Part shown: positions 62,943-64,000 of the stretch, piece by piece | How the letters are laid out: the number at the start of each line of letters is the position of its first letter | Position numbering within the stretch: position 1 is the stretch's first letter | IMG/VR virus record: IMGVR_UViG_3300010399_000033 | Location: 32,001 to 96,000 of that record | Direction: 5' to 3' (one strand) | Source of the DNA: a virus | DNA: 64,000 bases | Notes under the pieces: model-generated | The model's input: the letters and a program-made list of their open reading frames with translations, nothing else | What the model was told of the DNA's origin: nothing | The model's database searches: none | Program-made: the position numbers and the translations under genes

Positions 62943-63874
62943 TGAAAATTTTGGTCACGGGCGGCGCCGGATATATCGGCAGTGTGCTGACCCCTTATCT
63001 GCTGGCGCGCGGCTGGTCGGTGACGGTGCTTGAAAACTTCGTACATGGAGTGCCGTCTCTGGCTCATATCGCGCATGACAGGAGACTGCGGATCGTGCGT
63101 GGCGATGCCCGATCCAGGGACTTGATGCGATCGTTGTTGCCGCAACATGACGTCCTGATCCCGCTGGCTGCGGTGGTGGGCGCGCCTGCTTGTGATGCCG
63201 ATCCGATCGGCGCCACTTCCACAAATTACGAAGCCATCGATATGGCTTTGTCGCTGATGTCTCCGGAGCAGTGGGTTGTGTATCCGAACACGAACAGCGG
63301 CTATGGGACCACGGCCCCCGGCACGATGTGCGACGAGACGACGCCGCTCGCGCCTATCAGCCTGTACGGCAAGCTGAAGTGTCTGGCCGAGTCACTGGTG
63401 ATGGCGCGCGACAACTCTATAACGCTGCGGCTGGCGACCGTCTTCGGTTGGTCGCCGCGCATGCGGTTGGACCTGATGGTCAACGACTTTACCTACCGGG
63501 CCGTCACTGACAGGACGCTTGTTCTGTTCGAGGGCGGTTTTCGGCGCAACTTCATCCACGTGCGCGACGTCGTGCGGGCATTCGTCTGGGCGCTGTCGAA
63601 GCGGCCCTACCCTGCCGGTTTGGTGTTTAACGTCGGCGACGACGCGGCCAACATGACGAAGGCCGAGCTGTGCAAACGTATCGCATGCCACACCAAGTTC
63701 AACTGGATCGAGCACCCGTCCGCCACTGACCCCGACAGGCGCGACTACGTGGTGTCGACCGCCAGGATCAGGGCCCTGGGCTGGCGGACCACCCGCGACT
63801 TCGACGAGGGGATCGGCGAGCTTGTGCAAGGCTATGCCATGCTTGGCGGGTCGGGCGGACTCCGCAATGCCTGA
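62942..63874 (+). CDS. NAD-dependent sugar epimerase/dehydratase/reductase (extended SDR)
   Basis: ILVTGGAGYIGS, YGKLK (YxxxK), RLATVFG, RNFIHVRDV. Confidence 0.92.
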   Translation: MKILVTGGAGYIGSVLTPYLLARGWSVTVLENFVHGVPSLAHIAHDRRLRIVRGDARSRDLMRSLLPQHDVLIPLAAVVGAPACDADPIGATSTNYEAIDMALSLMSPEQWVVYPNTNSGYGTTAPGTMCDETTPLAPISLYGKLKCLAESLVMARDNSITLRLATVFGWSPRMRLDLMVNDFTYRAVTDRTLVLFEGGFRRNFIHVRDVVRAFVWALSKRPYPAGLVFNVGDDAANMTKAELCKRIACHTKFNWIEHPSATDPDRRDYVVSTARIRALGWRTTRDFDEGIGELVQGYAMLGGSGGLRNA

Positions 63875-64000
63875 CCAGCTCCAGATGGTGGTGCTGGATG
63901 GACCTCGTGTTGGTGCTATGATCCGTGTGGGTTGGATGTGGCCATGTGTTGATTCCTCGCTTGTCGGAGTGTGGGCTCGTTTATGACAGGTACGTGGTGC

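Noticed and set aside
1-64000. CRISPR array, integrase/att site or IS element
   Set aside because: No regularly spaced repeats, recombinase or transposase motifs were seen. Lifestyle cannot be determined from this window.

Overview
The window is a continuous piece of a large, high-GC tailed dsDNA phage genome. The host is probably alphaproteobacterial, inferred from the XRE and DUF3489-type regulators. No integrase, att site, CRISPR array or host housekeeping genes are visible. Layout: (i) a minus-strand replication block at 1-16.3 kb with a DnaX-like clamp loader, UDG-fused family A DNA polymerase, beta-clamp, tRNA-Thr, Dam-like MTase, sigma-like factor, primase and DGQHR protein; (ii) divergent sigma70-like promoters at about 16.3 kb driving small early genes, including an amidoligase plus gamma-glutamylcyclotransferase pair; (iii) a second minus-strand block with SF2 helicase, ThyX and DnaB-like helicase, ending in a hairpin-rich non-coding switch region at about 27.8-28.5 kb; (iv) a plus-strand block with NADAR, sulfotransferase, a NusG/RfaH paralogue, tRNA-Leu, terminases and a DUF1073/MuF/DUF2213/DUF2184/DUF4054 head module; (v) the start of a nucleotide-sugar cluster (TPP E1 alpha/beta, ColD-like PLP enzyme, NAD-dependent epimerase/dehydratase). 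The most striking observation is a candidate tagged-cargo system in the head module. A 1762-aa portal and a 512-aa Nudix protein look like polyproteins. Their GNAT acetyltransferase, repeat-plus-ADP-ribosyltransferase and atypical kinase segments each begin with the same cassette, A-x-D followed by F-x-E-x-x-H-P-R-x(2-3)-G-K-F and a Gly/Ser linker. A-x-D also recurs at domain boundaries of the capsid, scaffold and MuF proteins. This suggests enzymes that are packaged, released by the prohead protease and injected. Other leads: a mini-protein copying the terminase Walker A motif, a HiPIP-like Fe-S domain sharing a peptide with an early gene, an SSB-like tail and altered steric gate on the polymerase, an HNH-interrupted tRNA duplicate, and several highly structured non-coding regions. 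All family calls come from recognising motifs by eye; no database searches were run.
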